NCBI RefSeq assembly: GCF_006345805.1
Contig: NC_043011.1
Coordinates: 62,198,464 to 62,262,463, forward strand
Direction of reading: 5' to 3'
Length of the DNA stretch: 64,000 nucleotides
From: Octopus sinensis
Lineage: Eukaryota
This document shows positions 1 to 10,165 of the stretch, in pieces. How positions within the stretch are numbered: the stretch's first letter is position 1; the number at the start of each line of letters is the position of its first letter. The notes beneath the pieces were generated by a model. That model was given only the letters and a program-made list of their open reading frames with translations, did no database searches and was not told the DNA's origin. The translations under genes and the position numbers were made by a program.

Positions 1-712
1 ACATGTATATACACACACAGACTCCCCCTCTCTCTCACACATCCTCTCACTTGCACACACACACACTCTCTCTTCTCCAAAAAAACTGATTGTGTTAAAT
101 CAAGTCAAGTTCACTTCTGCTTGATTTAAACATTCTATATAAAGGGATGTAACTAGGTTTAATATGTGACTATTGTCTCTTTTCTGCTCTAGGCACAAGG
201 GGGAGTGGGCCAGTCAATTAGATTGAACCCAGTACGCAGCTGGTACTTAATTTATCAACCCCGAAAGGATGAAAGGCAAAGTCGACCTTGGCAGAATTTG
301 AACTCAGAACGTAAAGACAGACGAAATACTGGGAAGCATTTTGCCCCGTGTGCTAACGTTTCTTATTTCTTAGACACAGAGAGGACAAACAAGGACAGAC
401 AAACGGACTAAGTCGATTATATCGACCCCAGTGCATAACTGGTACTTATTTATATATATATACACACACACATACAATAAAAATAGGTGATTTCTAGAAA
501 ATTGTTTGCTTTCTGTCTTTGTTGCCATAGCAATCTCCTAAGAGAGAAATAAACAACATTCTTGTCTCAGTTAAGTATCACCATTATTTTAAAATTCTAT
601 GAAAATCCTGTCTGAAATAATGAAGATTTCTAGCAGCTGAGGGCAGTAGAAAAGGGGAAGATGAGAGGACATAAGTAGTGTTGTCGGGGCACAGAAAGAG
701 AATTATGCTTAC

Positions 713-791
713 CTCCTTCTTCTTAAACCCTGGTGGAGCATCATACATGAAACTGAGGCCGACTTTAGCTTTCTCGTCACCAAGTAAAGCC
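713..791 (-). CDS. CIR1: CIR1 orthologue, coding exon 3 ((R)ALLGDEKAKVGLSFMYDAPPGFKKKE); gene continues left of the window
   Basis: Acceptor ctcttctctcctgcag| at 792, donor |gtaagc at 712; 79 nt completes the phase-2 codon AG|G; contains the CIR1 motif GL.FMY.APPG. Confidence 0.92.
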
Positions 792-847
792 CTGCAGGAG
801 AGAAGAGAATTGATTAGAAAAAGCTCATTGTATTTTCAAGCATATCA

Positions 848-1160
848 TCATCATCGTTTAACATCCGTTTTCCATGCTGGCATGGGTTGGACGGTTTGAC
901 TGAGGACAGGAGAGCCAGTAGCTGCACCAGGCCCAGTCTGATCTGGTAGAGTTTCTACTGCTGGATGCCCTTCTCAACACCAACCATTTCGAGAGTGTAG
1001 TGGGTGCTTTTTACATGTGCCTCTGGCATCAACCACATTCGGATGGCGCTTTTTATGTGCCACCAGCATGGGGATCCAGTCAGACAGCATTAGCATCCAC
1101 CACGATTACGATTTCACTTGACTCAACAGGCCTTCTCAAGCACAGCATATCACCCGATGA
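848..1160 (-). mobile_element. SINE-like element E, inverted copy in CIR1 intron 2
   Basis: ~853-1030 is the reverse complement of ~2150-2325. Confidence 0.7.
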
Positions 1161-1284
1161 TTCAAGGGTACTTTTAAATGAGCTGGTTATGCGATACTGT
1201 TTCAAGCACAGATCTATATTTAAGAGATGAGGAATTATGTACATTTACATTTGATGGATATTTGTCCTCATCTTGTTTGTTGTT

Positions 1285-1330
1285 AACACAACATTTCGGC
1301 TGATATACCCTCCAGCCTTCATCAGGTGTC
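1285..1330 (-). ncRNA. Minimal type I hammerhead ribozyme motif (Penelope type)
   Basis: Minus strand reads gacac-CUGAUGA-a-GGCUG-gaggguauau-CAGCC-GAAA-UG-UU-guguu: stem I gacac/guguu, perfect 5-bp stem II, quasi-palindromic AUGU helix III, GUU cleavage triplet. Confidence 0.7.
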
Positions 1331-1576
1331 TTCGTGAAATTTCGAACCTGGGTTCTCATTCCTAAGGTATTTTTCGATGTTGTTATTATTATCATCATCA
1401 TTATCATTATTCAGGTCACTGCCTGGAATCGAACTTGGAATCTTGGGGTTAGTAGCCCGTGCTCTTAACCACTATGCCATATGCCTATTGGCATATGGTG
1501 TAGTGACCTGAATAATAATAATAACAAGGTCGAAAAATACCTTAGGAATGAGAACCCAGGTTCGAAATTTCCCCAA

Positions 1577-1622
1577 GACACCTGATGAAGGCTGGAGGGT
1601 ATATCAGCTGAAATATTGTGTT
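1577..1622 (+). ncRNA. Minimal type I hammerhead ribozyme motif (inverted partner of 1285-1330)
   Basis: gacac-CUGAUGA(1582-1588)-a-GGCUG-loop-CAGCU-GAAA(1610-1613)-UA-UU-guguu; palindromic AUAU helix III. Confidence 0.65.
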
Positions 1623-1849
1623 GATAACAAACAAGATGAGGACAAATATATGTCAAAAGTAAATAACGTTTCAAGCACAGTTGAATTTTTCAGACCCAAA
1701 TTAATAGGGCAAAAAAAAAAAAAAAGGTAGGGGTCAAGTTATTTTCTAAAACAACATTGGAGTACCAAAAATACCAAATGAGATGCAACAGGAATTGGAG
1801 AGAGAGAGTGATGCAGTTTGAATGTTTATTACATTAACACGTCAAAATC

Positions 1850-2330
1850 AAGTTCGATGACTGGCGTCCGTGCTAGTAGGATGCAAAGAGCACCATACGG
1901 GTGTGATCATTGACAGAGTGGCTAACTGGCTTTAGTGCCAGTGGAACTTAAAAGGCACCATTCAAGCGTGATCGTTACCAGCGTCACCTTACTGGCACTC
2001 GATCCCCGTGTGGGATATTAAGAGTAGGGTATTAAGTAGGGTATTAAGAGTACCATCCGAGCGTGATCGTTGCCAGAGCGGCTATCTGGCCTCTGTGCCA
2101 GTGGCATGTAAAAGACACCATCTGAGCCTTACTGGCACCTGTGCTGATGGCACGTAAAAGCACCCACTACACTCTCGGAGTGGTTGGCATTAGGAAGGGC
2201 ATCCAGCTGTAGAAACTCTGCCGGATCAAGATTGAAGCCTGGTGCAGCCATCTGGTTTGCCAGTCCTCAGTCAAACCGTCCAACCCATGCTGGCATGGAA
2301 AGCGAACATTAAACGATGTTGATGATGTAA
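1850..2330 (+). mobile_element. SINE-like element E with internal tandem subrepeats and an RTE-like (GAT)n tail
   Basis: Repeated GTGCCAGTGGCA.GTAAAA.GCACCA units, then TTAGGAAGGGCATCCAG ... CCAACCCATGCTGGCATGGAAAGCG.AC.TTAAACGATG.TGATG; inverted partner at ~848-1160. Confidence 0.7.
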
Positions 2331-2908
2331 GGAAAACACAAGTGCAGCAAAAATACAGCATTATGGTTTGTAAGAGAGTAGTGTGGTAGGAATAGCAGCA
2401 ATGGTGAGTGTAGTGTGGTAGCTGAGGTGATGTGAGGGGGTGGTGGATGTGGAGTAATGTGACAGCTGCAGTGGTATGGTGGTAATGGTGGTGGAGAGGG
2501 TGATGGTAGAGGGTTATTAGTAATGTGTCAGCTGTGATGGTGGTGGAGGTAGAGCCGTGCGGCTAAGTGCAGTAGTGGTAGCGGTTGTGGCGGGTGTAGT
2601 GCAGCTGTGGTGGTCAGGCAGTGGCTATACTGATGTGATGGTGGTAGTTAGGTGGTGGTGTGGTGGAAAATGTAGAAGTAGTGATGGTGATGATGCTAAT
2701 GCTGATGTAGATGATGAAGATGATGGAGACAATGATTCTTTTAGTGGTTTCAATCGATGAACTGCGGCCATGCTGGAGCACTGCCTTATTCATATTTCCA
2801 TTTATATATATTTTATCACTTACTTTCACAGTATTTTTTGAAGTTTTATGGCTAAAAAAAAGGTTGGCCTAGAATTGCTGATGAAGATGGAGTGAAGTAA
2901 AGTTTTAC

Positions 2909-3003
2909 CTGTTTCCATAGAGTTCCTGTTCCTTCTGGTACTGTGCCAAGAGGTCTTCCTGTTTCTTCTTATCATACGTCGTCTTCTGTTCAGCCATCCA
3001 TAC
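2909..3003 (-). CDS. CIR1: CIR1 orthologue, coding exon 2 ([31 protein letters not shown]+AG)
   Basis: Acceptor ttatttgtag| at 3004, donor |gtaaaa at 2908; 95 nt; continues exon 1 in frame and matches the CIR1 segment VWMAEQK..YDKKKQEEL..QY.KEQE.Y.NR. Confidence 0.93.
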
Positions 3004-3825
3004 CTACAAATAACAAGGATGAATGTCTAGATATACAACAATACAAAAACACTTACTGTTTGCTTTATGTCTGTCTTTATATGTTAGCATGAGTCAGATG
3101 AATACATTACTGGGGTATTGTTTTATTGCTGGATGCCCTTCCTGTTGCTAACCCTTGTTTTTCAAGAGATCTTTGATTCCACATTTTTCAAAGGCACAAA
3201 ATGAGCAGAAAATTTTGTCCACCCGTCCATCTTCTCTGCTCACCATTCCTGGACGGATCACAGGTAAAGTCCCCAGATACCTCCTCCATAGGATCCCATC
3301 AGAAGCAACTGTCACTAGGCTTTCTGGCTAGATTCCCAACCATGACCAACCAAGACTATGGATATTATTCAACAACCTCTTTCATGGCGTTCCCACCACG
3401 CCTCCAGCCAGTTGGTTTGGCAGGGGACAGGACTGCAGCACCACCACCACTCATAACAAAGGAATTGTACACAAACTTACATACAGGTGTGCACCCCCCA
3501 CCACCACCACCACACACATGTATATAATCGTCTATTTTTAGTTTCCATCAACCAGTTTCACTCTCAAGGCTTTGGCAGGCCCAAGGCTACAGCAGAATAA
3601 TCTTGCAGGCAATTTTCATGGAGTTACCTCCCTTGCTCATTTCTTTAATTTTTGCACAATTTTTAGAGTTTTTGTCAACTAATTGCACGGATAACTCTTA
3701 GTTTACCCAAGTTTCACTATACATGTGTGTATGTGTGTGTAACTCAACTGTATTAATATAACTTTTCTTTAGAAAATTACTATTTTTTAATCTCACAAAA
3801 TGTGATATTCAGCAACAATACAATG

Positions 3826-4193
3826 GAGTAAAGATTGTTTGCCAACATAACATGGCAGTCCTGGTTTAGTACGAATGTTGTGTCATTTAGCCCCAGGAGA
3901 CATCGTCTCCCGCTGGCTATACAACATGATCTGTGTCCTTATATTTTCAAACAAGGGAATCTAGCACCCCCACTCAGCTCCAAACAATATCTGTTTATCG
4001 TGAAATAACCCGGAAATCGCGATACACAGATATTGTTCTGAGCTGAGTGGGGGTGCTAGATTCCATTGTTTGAAATTATAAGGACACAGATCGTGTCGTA
4101 TGGCCAGCTGGAGACGATATCTCTTGGGGCTAAATGACAGCAACATTCGTCCTAAACCAGGACTGCCATGTTATGTTGGCAAACAATCTTTAC
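3826..4193. mobile_element. MITE with ~165-bp terminal inverted repeats, in CIR1 intron 1
   Basis: 3826-3993 is the reverse complement of ~4022-4193 (AGTAAAGATTGTTTGCCAAC...GTTGGCAAACAATCTTTACT); single-arm copies at ~14317-14452 and, degenerate, ~42665-42785. Confidence 0.8.
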
Positions 4194-4543
4194 TATAACT
4201 TTTCTTGTTTCAAACCAAACAATGGCACCAATAATATGGTCGTTGAAACTGATTGAAACACCAGCAAAATCTATTTTGAGACACCTTGGGAAACGTTGTA
4301 TGGGGTCAACTATACCGTAATAGAGACAGGTTGCCGCCGGGTGGATCACCTTTAGACTAAATAAAACTCGTTTGTGTTACCTCTGCATCATTATTCAATA
4401 AAATGTGTTTATGGAGAGAATAAAAGTGAAAAACACAGGCACACTGAAAGGAGGAAGGTATCAGGTGGTCGTGGGATGCGAGCAAGGTTAACCTGCACCT
4501 AAGCAACAACAAAGAGACCACGTTAGCGAGAGATCTTCGACAC

Positions 4544-4793
4544 CAGTGATTCCCAACCATTTTTTTAATCTATGGTCCCTGTGATTCCTACTTTACTCGG
4601 CTGGACCCTCAAACTCATTCGATATTTCAAACATCCTATAATATGTTTTTTATATTATTAGGAACTGTATTTTAAAAAAATTGTTAAAATACTTTGTGTG
4701 TTGTTGAAGTGTAAGCAATTTATTGCAGGTAAATTTTAACAAAATCTTATACGGACACCGAAGGGCCATATGAACCCCGGTTGAGGACCGTTG
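4544..4793. mobile_element. hAT/Charlie-like MITE remnant
   Basis: Imperfect TIRs CAGTGATTCCCAACC / GGTTGAGGACCGTTG; no clear TSD. Confidence 0.5.
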
Positions 4794-6117
4794 CTTTACG
4801 TGAACACTCGAAATACCAAATCACCAGAGATTGCCCTTGGTTCTACAATACAAACCCCACGTTTTAAAATGATCTAAAAATCTCACAATGTAATAAAGAC
4901 CAAGTAATTACACTAAATAATTCGTTATTTTCAAAATTGATTGAAACAGACAGAATGTTATAAAAGGAATGAGCCAAATTCACAATTGAGATAAAAATGA
5001 CAGCAGCCTCTAAATAAAGGACCAAAACCCGATCAGAAGGAAAACAAAAAAAAAAAAAACGGAAATAAGCCAAAATGAAATTGTTTCCTGATAACTTTTA
5101 ACGAAATATTTTACAAATAACTTTCGCCGTAGATTAGGATTAAATCGGAATTTAATGCGAGACAAACAAACATCGGTTTGCACACACGCACATAGAAAAT
5201 CACATGAGATTCCGATAAAATCGGAATCTACATAATCCGAAAGGTGTTTGTAGGAATTTTCCAAAATCTGGGAAGGAAGAAACACTTGTGGAGGAATCAA
5301 TCATTGTTGAATATATTCGGAAACAACGACTTCCAATAATAAAAGAAAGGGACCACATCGGACACAACAGGCTGGAATCCCTAAAAGTCTCTAAAGATTC
5401 TAAATAAATGGTTTATTATTCATATAATATTCTATAGTACGCTAATTAACTCAGTTTAATTATCCTTAGTAAGAACAAGCTCCTTCGTTGTCTCATTATT
5501 AACCATTATTTACACATGTGGAATCCCTGAATATCTCTAAAAAGTGGTGTTTTTATTGTTTATAAAAATATACTAAGAGTACCGTAATCAACCCTGTTTG
5601 TCTTAGTTGAGGTTTATTGTTATTCCAACGACACGTGAAATCCCTGAATGTCTACAAAAATTCTAAAGATTATTGTTTTTGTGTGTGTGAAATATACTAC
5701 GATCGTAATTAAGTTGGTTTATTTAATCTTAGTAATCAGTCATTAACGTAAAACGATAAATTATTCGTAAACTGAGTGAATGAATGTAGAGATGTCGTCT
5801 CTATGTGGAAGGACCCTTTAGTTTTTGGGGTTTTGTTTTTGTGCTGGAAATTGCTGTTTGATTACCATATTCAACAACTTTTAAACACGCATATAAATCG
5901 AATTAAGGTACTCGAGAACAGGGGTCCCGGTGCGCGCACTCGCGCTAGCTAGTAGTGACTAGTCGATCTTACAACGACCACCAAGCAAAGTAAATAAAAC
6001 AGTAAGGATCGATTAGTCACGACTAGCTTAGCAGGGAGAAACTGGTCTCAAGAATTAATTACCTCCAATTAACTTAAATTAAATCGAATTAAAATAAAGA
6101 AAACCGCATCCACTTAC

Positions 6118-6189
6118 CCTTTTGATGTTCTCCTTGCTTGCCGGATGGAAGAACTTTTTGGTCATATAATTATTGAACCCTTTCCCCAT
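6118..6189 (-). CDS. CIR1: CIR1 orthologue, coding exon 1 (MGKGFNNYMTKKFFHPASKENIKR)
   Basis: ATG at 6189-6187; 24 codons closely resembling the Cir_N N-terminus of CIR1 ([24 protein letters not shown] as I recall it for human); ends at donor AGG|GTAAGT (6117), phase 0. Too short for the ORF track. Confidence 0.93.
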
Positions 6190-6448
6190 GTCTGCGAATG
6201 TTTCTGGGTTCTTGATTCAAGGGAAGAAGAGAAGAGACGAGTCTGGGAAATGTTTGGGAAGGAATTTATGGGATTATTGCGATGATATTTTGGCAGCGAA
6301 TGTCTTTGGCAACATCGTGGAATGGAGAGAATGGAGAAAGGAGAGAGGAATCCGGAGGAAAGAAGCGACGGAAAACGGAGGAAAATCGATTGTTTTTTCC
6401 GTTTCTGTTGTAAACATAAACAAAACCAGAATGGAGTCGCAATGGAGA

Positions 6449-6493
6449 CAGGAAGTGGATATTCACTGCGTGACTACAACTTCCTTGACGTCA
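6449..6493. promoter_or_regulatory. Putative CIR1 core/proximal promoter motif cluster
   Basis: About 260-300 bp upstream of the ATG: ETS-like CAGGAAGTG (6449-6457), ZNF143/Staf-like GACTACAACTTCC (6472-6484) and perfect CRE TGACGTCA (6486-6493), in a locally CpG-richer segment (~5900-6500). Confidence 0.55.
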
Positions 6494-7788
6494 CTCACCA
6501 TCGCCATACACACATACACACACACACACCCGTACATACACACACATACACAACACACACGTACACACACACACACACACACCACACACACATACACCAC
6601 ACACACATACACACACACATACACCCGTACATACACACACACATACACCACACACACATCTTCATGACGTTTATACATTATCTATCTATCTATCTATCTA
6701 TCTATGTCTGTCTGTCTGTCTCTCTCTCTACCTATCTATGCATCCCTCTCTCTCTATCTCTTTCTCTCTCTCTCTGTATCTATCTCTCTGTCTATCCATC
6801 TATCTATCTATCTATCTATCTCTCTATCTCTCTATCTATCTATCTATCTATCTATTTATTTCTCTGTTTAGAAATTAAATTTCAATTTGCTATTACTTTC
6901 AAATACATACAAATTTTAAAAGAAATGTTTTCTTTTTTTGTCTTATGATTGTAGCGTAATAACTCATCAAATTATTCTATTCAACAATCAAATAAGAGAA
7001 ATCTGTGATTCTGGCAATTAATAAGTCACTCTTTAGCCTTTACGTTTTCGTTTCGCTTACATTGGATATCCGAGTTTATTTTTTTATATTCCCCTCCCAT
7101 CTCAGATTGTTTTGGTTTCATTAGCAAGCCAGCAGAAATATGTACTTAAAACCAAATCTCACTATATATATATATATATATATATATAGTAAGGCTTGGT
7201 TTTCTATTTGTAAACACTTTTCTTTAATCTGTAATATGAGGCAAAAAATATATTATAAAGGCAATCACTTATATTGAAGTGCGATATTTACGGAAGTAAA
7301 AACGTGAAAGCAGAATTTCAAAATGCGGTACGAATAAACGAAACGTACAAACTCCTTGGAAGTTGTATAACTTCTGGAGTTGTGCTCGGCTCATTTGTTT
7401 CATATATGAATACTTTACCCTAAAACGGAAAATATCTAATGTGTATAGTTTTAATTAAATTTAACAGTGTATATAAAACATTTTAGCCCATGTTACTGCA
7501 TTATAAATATAATTTGCCGAATTAAGAATGCATAGAGTGAATTGTTGTGTAAGGCTGGAAGCAATATTACACATTATTGTTATATTTCGGGACGGTCATT
7601 TTCCTTTTCTCGCCAAATACACACACGCACTATATATTCGTTCTTCACTCGTTTATTACTGTTCTTATTTCATCTTATGTTTATTGTCTGCAAAGTACTT
7701 TTCGACAGAAATGTTTTCGAGTCAGATTTTTGAATCAATGTCTTCGAATTTAATTTCTAGCTATATTGCACTTTGGAATGCATGCATG

Positions 7789-7864
<76 letters not shown>

Positions 7865-8039
7865 TGTGTGTGTCGTGTATATTGCATTTTAAGCTCTGTG
7901 TGTGTATATGGTAAATACTGTAATTCAGCATGTGTAGGTACATATTGTATATATTGTATGTCTGTTTTATTTTTGAATTTACTGAGTTTTCACTCGATTT
8001 TTAATTAGTATTTATTTCTCTTATTTTCATTTTTTTACA

Positions 8040-8751
8040 TACATGCATGAATACATATATACATACATACATACATACATGCATGCATGCATACATGCAT
8101 ACAAACATACATGCATGCATACATACATACATACATACATACGTACGTACATACATACATACATACATACATACATACATACATACATACGTACGTACGT
8201 ACGTACATACGTACATACATACGTACGTATGTACGTACGTACATACATACATACATACATACATACATACATACACCGAAACTACACCTGATTATACATA
8301 CACTTTAGATGAGTTGTAGTGCAGCTGAGCACTGTACACAATGTTTTTATTATTATTATACGTACGTACGCACGTACATACATACATACATACATACATA
8401 CATACATACATACATACATACATACATACGTACATACATACATACGTACGTACGTACGTACATACATACATACGTACGTACGTACGTACGTACATACATA
8501 CATACATACATACGTACGTACGTACGTACATACATACATACATACATACATACATACATACATACATACATACATACATACATGCATGCATGCATACATA
8601 CATACACACATACATACATACATACATAATGCATGCATACATACATACATACATACATACATACATACATACATACATACATACATACATACATACATAC
8701 ATACATACATACATACATACATACATACATACATACATACATACATACATA
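8040..8751. repeat. (TACA)n/(TACG)n tetranucleotide array with a ~75-bp unique spacer at ~8276-8355
   Basis: Read directly. Similar arrays at 10180-10352, 24085-24370 and 29590-29660. Confidence 0.95.
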
Positions 8752-10165
8752 CCTTGTAGTGCCTTCCCAGTATTTACCGTTTTACAAAATCAAACTAGAA
8801 AATTAGACGAAACAGAGAACACAATTGAAGAAATTAAAAAGAAAAAAGAAATAAAGAGAGAAAGAAAAGAAAACAATTCACCCCCTTGGGTTGAAAAGTT
8901 GGGGGCGCTGGGAGACCTGTCAGATGGCTATTGAGCCCCGCCAGCACGCTTGCAGTGTTACCGCGGGTGATGGCGAGGCTGAAGCTCTGGAACAGCCAAG
9001 CACCCCCACGAACCTCACCATTTACCTCTGCAAGGCGAGTTTCCAGTGAAGACAGGAATCTCGCAGTAAGTGGTCCGATCCCCACCAAACATCTCGAACG
9101 CCACAGGATGGAAAATGCAGTTGGCCGACAGATCGCGGTATTTTAGGATTTTGTTCCGCTCAGCCGCAGAAACTGTGGATCTCTGCCTGACTGCAACATC
9201 CAGGATGGGAGAAGAAGCGAAGGAATTGTTAACTGTGACATCCCAGATAAGGCATCTGCCTTGCGACCAGGGGCACAGGGTGAGGCCGTCAGGTCTCTTC
9301 CCATCACATCTGGACAATCCAGATGGTTCCAAGATGGGCCAAACTCCTCTTGCCCGGGCCAAACTCCTCTTGTGTATCAGGTTCAACTTCGTATGACGTG
9401 AGGAGCGGCCAGCATTCAGGCAGCAAGAAAGGTCATAGAGGCCTGTGGAGTAGAGGAGCCTGCCACAACGACAGATCAAACCTGTGCATACTTCAGCTCC
9501 CACTCTGAGGGCAATGTAGACACGAAGTTCGTCCAAACTGTGTAGATCACCAGCATTAGCAACAGGGACAGCATCAATCCAGTCACCTGAGTATTTGGCG
9601 CTAGCAGGCAGTAAGCGGCACTTTGAAAACTGGTCTGACTGGATGAAGAGGGATGAAGAGATGACCTTCGAAATTATGTTGTCCCAAGCTCTCTGAACCC
9701 GACAGTCCTCCACCTTCTCCGAAGCAGACACGCCTTATTCCCTCCAGTATTGGAGAGCTTCATCTAACTCCCTATTGGAACTGGTTGGAGAGGAGAGGCT
9801 GTTGCTCACCAGGGTGGAGCAGGCGTGAGTGGAGGAAAAGAAGCAGGGGAGAGAGAGGGACGAACACTTACAAAGACCAAAACCTTTAAATCGCTTGGGC
9901 AATGCAGCCTGATCGTGGGACGTTGGAGAGAGTCTGACATTAACCAAGCATTCGAGACTCTCAAAGATTAAATTGTCGAAGCGTTGGAGGCACGTTGGGA
10001 ATCGGTGAAAGGAGCTGACTCTGAGTAAACATAGAAGTTTAGGGATCGAGAGACAATTCCGAAGTATGAAAAAAGACCTTGATGGGGTGGGGAAATTCCA
10101 ATGAAGGAGCCTTGGCTCTAGGTAAGAAACTGGCCCTTTCTCCATTGGCAAGAAATCTTGAAATA
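8752..10165 (-). mobile_element. 5'-truncated CRE-like non-LTR retrotransposon (RT thumb, Cys/His knuckle, restriction-like endonuclease), decayed
   Basis: LRNCLSIPKLL..LR...QAALP.R..G.GL (RT C-terminal part); CRCG..G...LSC..GR..RH..LN; LEP.GL.R.DGKRPDG.T..PW..G..L.WDVT...E..K..KY; C-terminal GNTASVL. One in-frame TAA at 9735-9737 and a frameshift near 9085. (TACA)n arrays abut both ends. Confidence 0.8.

Larger units (their letters stand above)
1212..1667. mobile_element. Fold-back non-autonomous element: tRNA-derived head + (ATA)n linker + hammerhead-bearing Penelope-pLTR-like tail, two units head-to-head
   Basis: Arms ~1255-1420 and ~1502-1650 are reverse complements; central hairpin ACTATGCCATATGCC-tatt-GGCATATGGTGTAGT; A box 1479-1469 and B box 1435-1425 on minus; 13-bp direct repeat GTTTCAAGCACAG at 1199-1211 and 1668-1680. 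Confidence 0.8.

Noticed and set aside
1412-1485. tRNA-like sequence with A and B boxes; likewise the heads at 15606, 33936 and 43691
   Set aside because: No complete acceptor stem or cloverleaf, and each is fused to a repeat body, so these are SINE heads, not tRNA genes.
2876-2900. CTGATGA next to CIR1 exon 2
   Set aside because: No stem II or GAAA in a suitable position.
6173-6948. 164-aa and 208-aa plus-strand ORFs over the CIR1 5' region
   Set aside because: They are antisense to the CIR1 first exon and UTR and extend only through CA/TCTA repeats; no recognisable protein.
7680-7735. Minus-strand GAAAAGUACUU palindrome in a terminus resembling the 36148 element end
   Set aside because: The upstream core is too degenerate; at most an old PLE terminal remnant.
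8001-8934. Many long ORFs (MYVC..., HTYI..., poly-I/L/D/E/K) here and across the window
   Set aside because: They are translations of di-, tri- and tetranucleotide microsatellites, open in several frames, with no splice context.
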